Assembly (NCBI RefSeq): GCF_009914755.1
Contig: NC_060936.1
Direction: 5' to 3' (one strand)
DNA from: the human T2T-CHM13v2.0 reference genome, Homo sapiens
Length of the DNA: 64,000 nt
A program made the translations under genes and the position numbers. Positions 13,196-27,883 of this stretch are shown here, piece after piece. How positions within the stretch are numbered: position 1 is the first letter of the stretch; each line of letters begins with the position of its first letter. The notes beneath the pieces are model-generated. The model was given only the letters and a program-made list of their open reading frames with translations, was not told the DNA's origin and did no database searches.

Positions 13196-14270
13196 CTGAA
13201 AAACAATAAGAAAAAATGCTTATTTGCTCTTGGTCAGAGATTCTGAGGTACACCATGATCTCGGCATTGTAAAAGGCAGCTTTTCTGTAAATATAGTAGC
13301 AGAAGATTGCAAAATTGAATGGGGAGCCTACCTTCTTATTACTATAGGGAAGAGGGAAGACTTCATTTGTCTTAAGGTAGTCTTTCCAAGTAGTTAAAAC
13401 ATTTCTTTCTCTGTATATGCATATACACATACCAAGCATGCCTATATGCATTTCATATGTGTCTGTGTATACATACAGGCATGACATGAGAGAAGGCAAC
13501 ACACCAAATGAAAATTATAATCAAAGGTAAGGGAACATATGAGTGCTGGGCAGTATAGGGTAAGGTGAAAGAATGACAAGAGCCAGCTACAGTGAATGGA
13601 AAGTCATCTTACAGCAAATTTTGTATTCAGCTTTAGAGAAAACAACGAGTATGTTGAGAATAGTTAAGGGCTCTGAAAGCCAGAGTAAAATAAAAGATAT
13701 ATAAAATATACAAGAGAAAATCACTGAACGTATTTTGAATAAGAAGTCACACTATGAACCAGGGTTTACAGAAGAGTGTGACTAAAGGTTGAGTTTAGAA
13801 GGGCTAAAGAAAAGATCAGTGGCAGCAACTCATGAGATCATAAAGATGTCAGTGATGATAATGCTTCCTACTGAAAGAACTAAGCTTAGGAAGACGCTCC
13901 AAGAGCTGAATCAGTATGTTTTGATAAAAGTGTGGAAAAGACAGAACATGAGCAAATGTGCCTCCAGAGTTCCACAACCAGGAGTCTGAGAAGATTCTGC
14001 TGCCTTACTTAAATAAGAAAGCAGAGGTAACCCCTTTACAAACCCTAAGAAGAGTCATGAAGACAATTATGTGAAGGTATTCTGTAGGTAAATGGAGATG
14101 CAGCACTGAAGAGAGAGTGAGACATCAGAAACATGGATAGAGTTGGGACTCACTGGTTAGGAGCTACTGTCATGAGTGAAGGACTTCTTAAAGACATTAT
14201 GGGCAGGTACACAGTGTGTGAAATGGCAATGTCATGCTTGATTGGGCACACATTTAGCAAAACAAAATAC

Positions 14271-14338
14271 CTTATCTCATTATCCTCTTCATTAATTTGT
14301 ATATTTTCAACTGCCCTTGTAAGACTTGGCTGTCTCTT
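14271..14338 (-). CDS. KITLG: KITLG coding exon 8 (68 nt): cytoplasmic tail
   Basis: [22 protein letters not shown](S), visible inside ORF 14150..14377; CAG acceptor, GTATTT donor. Confidence 0.98.
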
Positions 14339-14906
14339 CTGGAAAAAGAAGAAAGACATATACTGTAAAATAATCAATGAATGGTCTAATATTTAAGAGG
14401 TAAGTGGACTCCACTTTTATCTTTTATGGCAATAACTCCAATAACAGTTTTTTCAGCATGTAGCATGCAAAATATCTTTGTAATAAAAAATTATGAAAGC
14501 TGCATGGTACTATCAACTCAACATTTTTAGGATGTTGGGGGCTAAAGAGTAATAAAGAAGCTGACACTTAATCAAATTCAAAAGACATTTCAAGAAGCTG
14601 AGTCACAATGATTTTTGCACATTTTAAAATTTTAGACAGGCTTCAATAAGAAGAGAACAAAAGAGTAGAAATCCAAAATAGCAGATAATACAAATGACAT
14701 TTCTATTTGTCTTTTAAGTATATCATATGATTTTCGTCAGATCTTCCTTTTCATATTTAGTTCAGGCTATTAACACCAGTTCCTAATTCTTAAGCGTGAA
14801 TTATCAGCTAGAGGGATTGTCTCCAGACATAATGAGAAACAGGAAACTTTATAAAATTTAAATTTTGTTTAGATTATAAGCTAAGGTAGAATTCACTGTT
14901 TTCTTA

Positions 14907-15104
<198 letters not shown>

Positions 15105-15761
15105 TTAAAGAACACACTGATGAATACAGCATATCCATTCTAGAAGTTTTGCTCTTATGCTGTGGTTGTTTTTAACTGTTTCTGTAACACATTCTGGACC
15201 TATATCTGTTTAAAGTATTCAAAAGATTGATTTTTCTGCTGAATATTGCTTTTGCAAGGCAATATAAATCCATGTAGTCTCCAAAAGATGAATGCATTAA
15301 AAAAGAAAGAAATCACAGAGACAGAAAGAGATCTGGCTTGGGTAATTCTGACACATATGGAACACAGACTTAATATATTTCTGGGGGGAAAATGACTTAT
15401 ACTATCAAGCAAATCTATCTCCCATGCCTTTATCTTCTAAAATCTTTTTGCTTTCTCACTCTTGACAGCTTGCTCAGAAATTTTAAACATGACATTTTAC
15501 AACCTGGATCAAGATCTGTATGCATTCAGCTATGTTTGGACTGTTGAAAATATTAAATAATTGTATGTGCACTGTGGTTATAGTATTTTTAGGTATCTCA
15601 TGCTTAGAATCATGGCTGTTTCCACGTTCATATCTTCAACACACATTTGTCGGATGCCACTGTGCAACGGACTAAGAGTTTGGACTTTTAATGTTGGAAA
15701 GCTTAAGACTAACACTAAGGGGAATGGTTGAAGGCACTAGTGTTGTCCCATACTACGTCTA

Positions 15762-16159
<398 letters not shown>

Positions 16160-16513
16160 GGAGCAGAATGATTCACGAATTAAATAAACAAAACACATCT
16201 CCCACAAGGGTCTCTTCCAACATGAAACTTATTTTGACAGATTTTTCTATATACCTATACCTATTTAACATACAAAGTACCTAGAGTACATAATATAAAA
16301 TAATAGATCTACTATGTGTGTATCAACATCTTACAGGGAAAAATTAATTCATAGATTTAACTTGATAAGTCAGAAATAGATTTTATCTACTATGGTGAGG
16401 ACAGGAACAGCCCATTCCTCTACCATATGTGAACTGAGAGCAGGAAATTCCCTCATCCTATAAATGGTATGTTTCCAAGGAGACTCTAATGATGGGATGT
16501 ATGGATGTGTGCT

Positions 16514-16516
<3 letters not shown>

Positions 16517-16544
<28 letters not shown>
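16517..16544. repeat. (GT)n microsatellite, ~14 units
   Basis: Direct reading. Confidence 0.95.
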
Positions 16545-19149
16545 TGGGGGAGGAGACAGTGAGGGATGAACAATAAGGTGCTGGTGATCCCCACGTAGGG
16601 AGTTGTCAGAAATAGGGTCTTCCATTCACATAACCATGAATATCCTCCTTAGGATTCCTCCTCCTGGCCCACCCCACATCCTATAGCCCCATGGGAGATA
16701 TGTTTTACCATCTCAAGTTGGAGCCCAATGTGAATTTTCTCACCAAAATAAATCTGAGTAATAAAATGGGATTTGGTATAATTAAAGTACTATCATTACA
16801 ATAACAGAGCTATTTTAAGGATTATGTAAGATTACGTGGACTCGTTTGGGATTTAACTACTATCTATAAAAGTGCTCTCTATATGAAATGGATTCAGGGT
16901 TACAAACAATTCGCACCATTTGAGGAATTTTAATAATACTGTTTGTAAATAAATCATTTGGCTGTTTTGGTTCTCCTTGAAGGCCAATCTGCTGTGGCCC
17001 CCATTATCTATTGGGATTGCTGGTATGTAATTACAATAGATTTACTAGGTAACCTCCTTAAGAGGCCATAATCAATGTACACAGAGAGAACAAATAAATT
17101 AATTAAGATTTTGTCCTTAAAATCCAATGGAAAACTCTAACAAGCTAGGAAGATGCTATGGAGAACTCCATTATCTACGTTGGGTCAGCCAGATGCCCTG
17201 TAATCAAGGTAGCCAAACACCATGTTCTTCTTGTTCTATACAAAGACCAAACCTAAGTCTTGAAATTCACCACTCAGACCAAAGGAAAGACCAGACTCAA
17301 AAGCAAAAAGCAGCTTACTAAAGAGTGAGATATTCTGGAATTTGCTACCTAAAACCTTTCTCAGGCAGAAGGATAGCATCTAAGGAAGGGGCTTCCAACA
17401 AAGCTGTGTGGGAGGCCTTACTAAAGAAAGCTCAGACTTGCTCTCTGAGAGTGCGGTGACTACCATGTTGACAGTTCCATCCCTAAGACTGTGAGCCAAT
17501 ACACAATCCTGGAGTCTGACTAAGACACAGCAGCAATCTTCCTGCAGGAGACAGGGAGGGAGAGAAACAGCAAAGACTGGATGGCGGGGCGGCAGTGGAG
17601 AGGAGGGTTGGGGGAAGCGCCCATAGGTTACTGAGCTTCACCTCCCATAGAGGTCAATGTTACCTCACTTTTTTTATTTCACTTGTTCATGCGTGGGGCT
17701 TAAGAACCAGGCCTTTGGTCCATCAGGGATACTACTGTCCCTCTTGCAGGCAGACAAAAAGAACTTTATCAGAAGAGATTTGCTTATACCTCCAGGGAAT
17801 GACTTTCAATACTTTCCACTGCAGCTATCGAGTAGGAATCAATGAGATTTGAATTGCATGCCTCAAGGCCCAAATGAAGGGTATTTGGGGACAAAACTTA
17901 AGCTGACAACAAAGTTTTGATTTTATGCAAAGATAGCCTGCAGAGAATTTATGTGGAGAGGAAGCTCATCTGGGCCGGATTTGAGTAATCCCAAATTCCT
18001 GGGTTATTACCATATTAATTATATCTCCTTATTACCAAAACTATTCACTGTCCAGAAATCTTGGGAACTGACTTGTTTCATTTGACTAATAATAACCAAC
18101 ATCTGTAGAAATATAGAACACAAAGAATTGTGCTATAATTTTGCTGAACTTCTTTTTAGAGTGAGCATTTTTAGGAGCACCATGCCTGTGACATGGTTAT
18201 CTTGGTGCTTATGAAACAAGCAAATGAGTATTCTTCCTTGATTCAGATCCAGAGCTCACTAAAGGTTCAACATAATTACTGATCCAAAGTCTTATTGCAT
18301 CTCATTGTTCTAGTACTTAATGATGAACTCTTATAAGACATCAGTTATGTCTCCAAGCACATGTGTACTAACTCACTTAAAACTCACAGAAACTCTGTGA
18401 AGGAGGTATTATGATCTTCCATTTGACCGAAGAGTCAAAAGAGTTTAACTTGACTGGTATATGAGTCCAGGAAGGTTGGGTCAAGACTATTTCTAGAAAA
18501 TGTATAAGATAATGTCAAAGTTAGGATTTCTTTCTCTATCATTTAGGTACTGTCTGCAAGAATCTCAAACATAAAACATCTTTTAAACATTCTCTTTGCT
18601 TATCATAAAGGATATTACTGTTATGCTATAAACATAATTCCCTTTGGATAACTAATAGGTTTGTATGTTATTCCATTCTCCCATGACTTTTCCTTACACA
18701 CTCACATCTCTGTAATAAGTTTTCATATGCCCTGGTACTCTGACATGGCCAGCTTTTGAGTTATCCCTGAAAACTAGCATGCTTTCTTCAAATTTCCCTA
18801 ACCCTTCTCCCAAAAAAGTCTTACCCCCTTTGTGCTACACCTAAAAACATTTGCATAATTCTATTATGATACATATTGTATACTGTACTATGAGTATTTT
18901 ATTTACGTCTGTTTCTCTCTGAATGTTAGCACCACAAAATCTTGTCCTGTGCAGAGGTATCTAAGTGGCATATTCATGAGTGACATCACCTAGCTAAAAG
19001 TTGCTGACAATGCAAGACTCAAAATTTTTTAAAAAGGAAGAAAAAAGAAACAGTGAACAAAAAAGAAGGCTGTCCATTCATCTTGCAATTTAAAAAGTAA
19101 TCTCAGATTCAGAGGCACGGGATTGAATAGGTATTTTATATTTAGTTTG

Positions 19150-22100
19150 TCTTTTAAAATTAGTAGGAAAGACTTTTGTTTCCAAATACGATGGTAGCAG
19201 ACTAGCCTTTCCAACCTAAGTAATTATAATTCTAGACAAATTATGAGGCAACTCTTTTCAGAAATTAGTGAACAGCAGTACAAATGTGTAATTCACGAGA
19301 CAGGGCATCCACACTAAGTGAGGCTCATGTTTGCCCTGGTTTTCTGGCTTTCAGCTCTCCTGTCTGGGGTGCACTTTCAGATTGAGGTGTGGAAGACAGA
19401 GTTCAAACAAGGACCAATGGCCTCACTAAGCTAGGGAGTCAGAGATTGAAGTTCAGGGCTGCCGATGCAGCTGGAGTTTCTAGATCTAGGTTATTTGGAA
19501 GAAGGGAGCTGTGCAAAGAAGGAGCATCAGAAATCCCTAGATGAATCTCCTTAAGTTACTGGTCCAATAATAAGCTGTATATGCACCAGTAGAGAAGTCA
19601 CAAAACCTGACCAAAAAATAAAATTATAATAAAAAAAAATAACCAAACACCAAACTCATGGGAAGCTATAATCTTAGTAGAGGCCCTAGCAGACACAGAA
19701 CAATGGGGACAAAATTATTAAGACAAGCAATATTGGAGAGATTTTCTGAGCACTTTACAGATATCTCAGATATTCCATGCCTTAGGAATAAGGCTACTTT
19801 CCCTTGTACCCAAGAAAGTTTAAAAACAAGGCTGGGAGAAAAGATAAACCTCATCTGCTACTATTCGAACCTCCTACCAAAACACAATTCAATAGCCTCT
19901 AAAGAAACGCTATAGAATCTGAAAGATATTCAACAGCATAGAATTCATAATATCCAGCATATATTAAACAATCACTAACCATTTAAAAGGAAATGTGACC
20001 CCTAATCAGAGAGGAAGAAGTCAATAGACATCAACTCTGAGATGACCTATGTGTTGAAATTTGGAGACAAGAACTTTAGAGCAGCTATTATATTTAAGTG
20101 ACAAAAAAGAATTTTTTTTCATAATGAGTATGCAGATGGAAAATTCCAGCAGAGAAATATGAAATACATTAAACAATTAACTGGACATTCTAGAACAGAA
20201 AATATAAATTCATAAATAGAATAATTCACTGGATGAAAAATTCAGCAGATCAGAGATGGCAGAACAAAAGGTCAATGAACTTGAAAGCAGACAAGTAGAA
20301 ATTACTCAGAAGAACACAGAGAAAAGAGGATAAATAAATGAACAAAACTTCTGCGACCTATGACACACTAGCAATCTGCTAACATATATGCAAGTAGTAT
20401 CTCAGAATGAGAGGATAGATAAAATGGATTAAAAAATTTGAAAAATTTATGACTATTTTTTCCCCAAATTTGAGGGAAAACAAATATATAGATCCAAAAG
20501 CTTGACAAATCTCAAGAAAGATAAATACAAAGAAAACCACTCATAGGCATATTCTAGCTCAAATGTTAAAAAGGAGAACACTTTGAAAGAACGCAGAGGA
20601 AGAAATGACCCTGTACATACAGGGTAAAAATAAGACAAATGGTGGCTACCTTTTTTATTTTTTTCAGAAACAATAACTGCAGGAATACTATAGTGATATT
20701 TTTAAAAGACTAAAAGAAAAAAAATCCTGTGTACCCAGACTTCAATATCTAGTAAAAAGTACCTGCTACATGGAAGACAAAACAAAGATATTTTCCAATT
20801 AAAAAGAAAAAAGAATTTGTTGCCAGCAGATCTGTATTATAAGAGATGCTATAGAATGTTTTTCAGCCTGAAGGAAATTAATACCAAATGGAAACCTGGA
20901 CTGACAAGAGGGAATGAAGGGTACAGGAAATAATAAATATGCAGGTTAATATAAAAGACAATATATTTCTTATTCTCTTACTTTAAAATACGTATGACAG
21001 TTCAAAGAAATAATTGAACTGCATTGTGTATTGTAGACTGTATTGTGAAATTTATAACTGATGTAGATATGTTAATATATGTCAATGATGACACAAAAGA
21101 TGGGTATGGGTAAATAAAACTACCCTGTTTCAAGGTTCTTGCATTTTTTTCTCAAGTGCTACAATAGTAACTCTAAGTAGAATATTACAAGTTAAAGTGT
21201 ATACTTTAATTTCCAAAATAACCACAAAATAATGCAAAAGGGTGCTGTTGAAAATCCAACACTAATTAAACACTAGAAAAAAAATAATTAACCAAAAAAA
21301 AAGGGCTAGAAATAAGGAACAGAAGGTCAATACACAAATGGGACAGATAAAAAACAAGTAAGGAAATGGTGGATTAAAATCCAACTATACCAATGATTTA
21401 TTACATAGAAATGGATGAAGCACTCTAATTAACAATCAGAGATACACTAAATAAAATAGTGAAGCCCAAGTGTATGTTGTCTACCAGAGATGTACTTTAA
21501 AAATACAGACAACAGACTGAAAATAAAGGAAAGCCAAACATATACCATGAAAACAGTAAGCATAAGAAAGATTTGCTCTAATATCAGACAAAATAAACTT
21601 CAAGACAAAAAGCACTATCAGAGATAATGAGGGATATTTCAGTAAGATTAAAAGGTCAATTAAACAGGGAAGATCTAACAATAATCAATGTATAAGCCCA
21701 TAATAATAAAGCTTTAAAATATATGAAGCAAAAAACCCAAAACCAGATGGAAAATCAGACAAATCCACAATCAAAAGTTAATATTTTCAATTCCCTTTTC
21801 TCAATAATTAATAAAAATTAGACAAAAAGCTTAATAAGGAAGGGAAGATATAAACAACACTATCAACCATTTTGGCCAAATTTGAATGCTGCATTCAACA
21901 GTTAAATAACATACATAAAATAGTTTCAGTACATTTCAAAAAAATTATAGAGTATGTTTTCTGACAACAAAATTCATAGACTAGTAACAATAAGATATAT
22001 AGGAAAATCTCAAACTTTTTGACATCAAACAACGCACTTTTATATTATCCATGAATCAAAGAAGAAATCACAGTTGACAAATATTTAGAAAAATAATAAA

Positions 22101-22360
22101 ATCACAACACAAAAATGTGTGAGGTGCAGCTAAAGCAGTGTATTTAAGAAAATTTATACCTTTAAGTGCTTGTAATTAGCAAAAATAGTTTAAAATCAAT
22201 GATCTAATTTTTCCACTTCGAAAAGCTAGAAAAAGTGGAGTAAATGAAACACAAAGCAAATGGAAGGAAATAATAAAGATTAGAAATCAATGAAATATAA
22301 GCAGAGAATTTAAGAAGACAAAAGTTGCTCCTTTGAAAATGTTAATAAAATCCATAGTTG
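19150..22360 (+). mobile_element. Old degenerate L1M element (5'UTR/ORF1/ORF2-start remnants)
   Basis: A-rich strand with L1-like blocks (ctaatatcagacaaaataaacttcaagacaaa, atgaatcaaagaagaaatcaca, gcagctaaagcagtg); boundaries approximate. Confidence 0.75.
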
Positions 22361-23072
22361 GTAAGAAAACCCTTAATTGACTAACACACAAACAGGGCTC
22401 TAGTCCCTTTTTGACACATTTTAGAACTGATATGCTACGTAATTTAGAATTTTAGGTTTCAGAAGATTCTGTCCTGCACATAATGTATAACATATACTAT
22501 CCCCAGTGAATCCTGGGTAGCATTCTGTAATCAAATACATTAATATTTCATTAGTAAAATATATATTCACTTTTAGAAAGATAAATAGACTATAAATAGC
22601 CTCAAATCACTTCAGGTCAGGTTTTGGTGGCAAAAAATTCCAAAATAAGTAAATTGTATTTTAGAGTTTTTTTAAATGTTCTGCATTGTAACAAGCTATT
22701 ATGAATTAGTAATAAATTGATTACTTCTTTTCACAGATAGGTCTTCTAAGTCCCTGAACAAATGACAGTGCCCCATTTATAAGTCCTAAGGGATGACTTT
22801 TTTAGCCTAGATCACAAGATGGTTTTTATTCTTCCTGCACCTTCCATGAGGCTAGAGAGTATTTAGTAAATACAATAAACTTTATAATGACCTTTGTCTG
22901 GATTTTCAAAGAAAATTGGGTTCTTGGCAAAAGAGGACAGAAATTTCAGAAAAATAAGCCTATTCTCATCAAGCATATAATTCTGTGGTAAAATAACAAA
23001 ATCATCAAATTTCCAAATGCGCAATAGTAAATACTGATATACACAAATCTGAAAATATCTTTGGAATTCTAT

Positions 23073-23211
23073 ACAACCAGCATTTATACAATTAAACTTC
23101 CGTTTTTGTCAGACACATTCCACACAGAATATATGTTAACAACCAGCATTTATACACTTAATTTTAAACTTCCGTTTTTGTCAGACACATTCCACACAGA
23201 ATATATGTTAA
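23073..23211. repeat. Tandem duplication, ~66-72-bp unit x2
   Basis: acaaccagcatttataca...ttaaacttccgtttttgtcagacacattccacacagaatatatgttaa twice. Confidence 0.95.
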
Positions 23212-23428
23212 TGATTCAACAAAAGGCATAAATCATATTTCTAAAATTAATTTTATGTCTTATTTAAAATAACCTCAGCAGAAAATTTATTGGCCTAATT
23301 CTCTAAACATTATCTCCAGCTCTAGGGAAATTTAATTCTACAAACTTAAGTCTCAAGAAGACCATAAAAGGAATAACAGTAACAGAACAGTATCAATAAT
23401 AATAAATGTAGAAGTTTCCTTGAAAGCC

Positions 23429-23470
23429 CATGCAATACTCCTATAGGTGCTAATTGGAGCCATGCATGCA
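23429..23470 (-). promoter_or_regulatory. Three UGCAUG (RBFOX) motifs downstream of cassette exon 6
   Basis: catgca on + strand at 23429-23434, 23461-23466 and 23465-23470. Confidence 0.75.
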
Positions 23471-23473
23471 TTA

Positions 23474-23599
<126 letters not shown>

Positions 23600-24249
23600 T
23601 CAGTGTTATATGGTGATTTGTATGAGTTATAGAGTCCCTGAAAGGTGAAGTGCAATACCAGATTACTTGCCAGGTCTGCTTCCCAAATCTAGAGTATTCA
23701 GATCCTATTTATTTCATACTGGGTCCTGCTATTCTATTTTACTAAGAAATCCACCATTATCACCTTGTAGAACAAATACTTATTGAATAAATATGTTAAT
23801 AAATACAAATAATGACACATTGATGGTAATTTCTCATTAAAAAAAGAAAGCAATGAATCCAGGTTTGTATTATAGGGACCCAGTGAAGGGAAAAAAGAGT
23901 CTTAATACAGAGTAACTGGGGAGGATCAGAATTTGTGACTTAGAGTTAGATCCTTAAGAAAAAATTTGAGAAGGACCATTAAGTAGACTGGAGGTACAGA
24001 ATAATATAATTGTAATTACTGGCAAATATTAGATGAGAAAAGGTATGAGTGGCCATCTCATATATTGTTTACTCACAAACAGCTCACTAATTTGAAACTG
24101 ATGAATATTGCTTTGGGTTAGAAACCCACAAATCTACAATCATTAGTTTCTTCTGTGCTATTGATATCTGCTTTTTTATTAGACGTACATGCATGTATCT
24201 TGCTACAGCTTAACACAGAGGTAGATTCTTACTACATAGGGAAGATTTA

Positions 24250-24450
<201 letters not shown>

Positions 24451-26614
24451 CTAGAAGAAAAAATAGGATTACATTTTTCAAATAGTCTTCAGACTTAACT
24501 GAGGTGAAGATAATGGACTATAAATATGTCTCTCAAAGATTCAAGTATTTAGACTCTTACAACTAGCACTTTTAGATGGCTGTTTTAACGTATGTAATTC
24601 AGATTGGTAATGCAGGGTAGTGATCCCAGTGGGATCACAAGTTGAATCTGGGGCAGTGAACACAATGTCATGGCAAAAAATAAAATAAAATAAATAACCT
24701 TAAAAACAAGCTGGGGATATTTTTCTTTAGAGATGCTCATTAAAAACATGAGGGTTTATTTTTAAAAGACCCCTCCATTACAAGAACTTCCAGTCTTTAG
24801 AAAAAAAAAAAAAAAACCACACCATAATGCATGCTCTAATATCCAAAAATTAGAAAGTCAGATGATACTAAATATTGGCAAGGGAACTCTTACATACTGC
24901 TGAGATAATGTAAGTTGGTACATTTGATATTATCCAGTAAAGTTAGACATGTGACCATCCTGTGACTCAGAAATTCCATTCTCAGGTAAATAACCTACTG
25001 AAACTATTGCACATATATACCATCAGACATATAAAAAAGTTTTTTTGCAGCAATATCTGTATCACTTATGTCAATCCAGACAGAGTGGCTTAATAACTAG
25101 TGATATATTGAATTAGTGGAGTTCAATTCAAGAGAAGGTTAACTACAGCTATATGCTTTAAAGTGGATACATCTTCTAAACCTAAAGCTGAGTGAAAGAG
25201 GCAAGTCCCAAAATAATAAAAATGGTATGATTAATTGATATAAAATTAATATAAAATTCCCCAAAGCAAATCAAAGCTATGTTGTAGGGATACATAATGG
25301 ATTATAAAGAAAAGTAGGTAACCAAAATAAACAACTATCTGTTACTTACTATGGACTATTCTAAGTGCTTTATATACAGTAACTCAATCTCCAAAACAAC
25401 TGAGAAATATAATTGGTAATCTCCTGGGTTCCCACCAAAGTGCCATGATTAGTAAATGCACATTCTTTGTTGTTTGCAGTGTTCTTCCCAACATCACCAT
25501 TGACCTAACTCATTTACCTAACTCATCTTTAAGGCTCTAATGCACATGTTATTTCCTTTGTGACACCTTGTGTGATGCACTCTACTTTTTGTGATCTCTA
25601 CTTCTTTTGAATGCCATTGGCACACTATATGCAGTAGTAATATGAAAGAGTGGTTAACACCACATTCTGACTTTGGAAATTAGAAAATAATACAAAGATT
25701 AAAGGTAGTGATTGGATTATTAGTATGGTAAGAATTATAAGATAGGATAGTACAAATGGGATTGAAGTTGGGTCTTACAGAATAGCTGGAATTTAGATGG
25801 GACACAGGAAAAAGCATTTAGGTATTAAGGTACAGAATCCTGCTTAAAACTTTGAATTTAAACTTACATAAGTCTCCTAAGCTAATCTTTGGCCATTTGA
25901 ACTGTATACCAAATCAGGTCTCCTAAGCATGATTTTGCTATAGACACAGTGTGATGAAAAAACATCAAATTTTATTAATATTTATTTTGCTAGGTAGGGT
26001 GTTAAAGTACTCATGGCAAATAACCTAACGTCGACCCTGTTAGATGAATTCTGGCATTGCCCCCATTTTAAAGATAAAGAAAGTGAGGTACAAAGAAGTT
26101 ACGCTCACAGAACTCATTAGCGACAGAGCCAGAATTTAAACTCCAATATCTCACTCTTATTTTCTGGAGTACATTGCCTATTCCATATGTCATGCCCATA
26201 TCCTGAAGTTGGTGATGATCAGTTATCCAATGACTTTGAGGAGCCAAAATGTATTCCTTTGCTGTGACCTATGGGGTGATTACATTATGCATAAAAGGAT
26301 ATGTGTTTATTACAGACAATTTTCCATTTAAATGAACACTTGTAACTTAATAGAAAGGTTTCAAGGACTTCACTTATGAAGAATAAAGATAAAGGCAGGA
26401 CTGATTTTGCATTGTAATGTAAATAAGTTTTATTTTTGTATTAGATGACAACATTTAAGTTTGAATGTGCACTTCAGTATTGCAGTATAACTGCAAATAC
26501 TTGTTTTCTTTGCTCATCTGAACAAGATTTTTAAATTTGAAGTTTATACAATCAAAATATCATAAATAAAGGTGCCTCATTTTCCCCAACAGCACCAAGA
26601 AGCATGGGTTTTTA

Positions 26615-26857
<243 letters not shown>

Positions 26858-26917
26858 CTATTTTAATAAGTAAGTGCCATAAAACTCGGAGTACTCTTCA
26901 AAGCTATCGTTTTAGTT

Positions 26918-27121
26918 ACTCAAGTGATTCTCCTGCCTCAGCCTCTCGAGTAGCTCAGATTACAAGTGCCTGCCACCATGCCTGGCTACTTTTTTATTTT
27001 TAGTAGAGAGGAAGTTTCACCATGTTGGCCAGGCTGTCTCAAACTTCCTGACCTCAAATGATCCACCCGTCTCAGCTTCCCAATGTGCTGGGATTACAAG
27101 CATGAACCACCGTGCCTGGCC
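26918..27121 (-). mobile_element. Partial Alu lacking its 3' portion and tail
   Basis: Left monomer, linker and part of right monomer only. Confidence 0.9.
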
Positions 27122-27156
27122 AGATTTTTAAAATTAATATTACATTACTTAAAATG

Positions 27157-27273
27157 TTGTAATAGGAGGACAGGGGTTATTGTAACAGGAAGAGAAGGGA
27201 CTAGTGTGACAGGAGGAGGAGGGACTATTGTAATAGGAGGAGGGACTCTTGTAACAGGAGGAGGAGGTTGTAA
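27157..27273. repeat. Imperfect purine-rich minisatellite, ~19-24-bp unit x5
   Basis: Variants of ttgtaa(c/t)aggaggag..gggact. Confidence 0.9.
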
Positions 27274-27558
27274 GTTTGCATGCTTTATATGATTTTAATG
27301 TGTTATCTTTTCTCTTATAAAGATCTTTTAAGTGGAAACTCTGATGTATTTTGAACACTGCTGAAATGCTGCAGTGACAAAAATAACATTGTTATTAAGA
27401 ATAACATTGAATTGGCTCATTAAAAGCACAAATAATTTAATACAACTTGTAACAAAAATATTGTACTCAGAGTAACTGATGTCATGGAAAATAAATCAAA
27501 CTACTAAGCTTTATTTCTCTATTTACCAGCAGAATATCTCTGTGGGAAAAGTCAAGCC

Positions 27559-27883
27559 TTTTATTTATTTATTTATTTATTTATGCTTTAATTTTTTACA
27601 GAGACAGGCTCTCTCTCTGAGTCCTGGGCTGTAGTGCAGGGGTGCAATCATGGTTCACTGCAATGTTGAATTCCTGGGCCCAAGTGATCTTCCCACTTCA
27701 GCCTCCCAAGTAGCTGGCACTACAAGGCGCATGCTACCAAGTGTGGCTAATTTTTAATTTTTTTATATAAATGGGATCTTGCTTTGCTGCTCAGGCTGCT
27801 CTTGAACTCCTGGCCTCAAGCAATCCTCCCTCCTCAGCATTCTAAAATGCTGGGATTAGAGGCGTGAGTCACTGCATCTGGCT
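27559..27883 (-). mobile_element. AluJ-type SINE with (TTTA)n tail
   Basis: Reverse Alu consensus match. Confidence 0.92.

Noticed and set aside
13068-13502. Longest ORF (144 aa, minus strand) overlapping exon 9
   Set aside because: Off-frame relative to KITLG, mostly intronic low-complexity sequence, no recognisable domain
27083-27358. Gly-rich and Ser/Pro-rich repetitive ORFs
   Set aside because: By-products of the 27157-27273 minisatellite and the adjacent Alu
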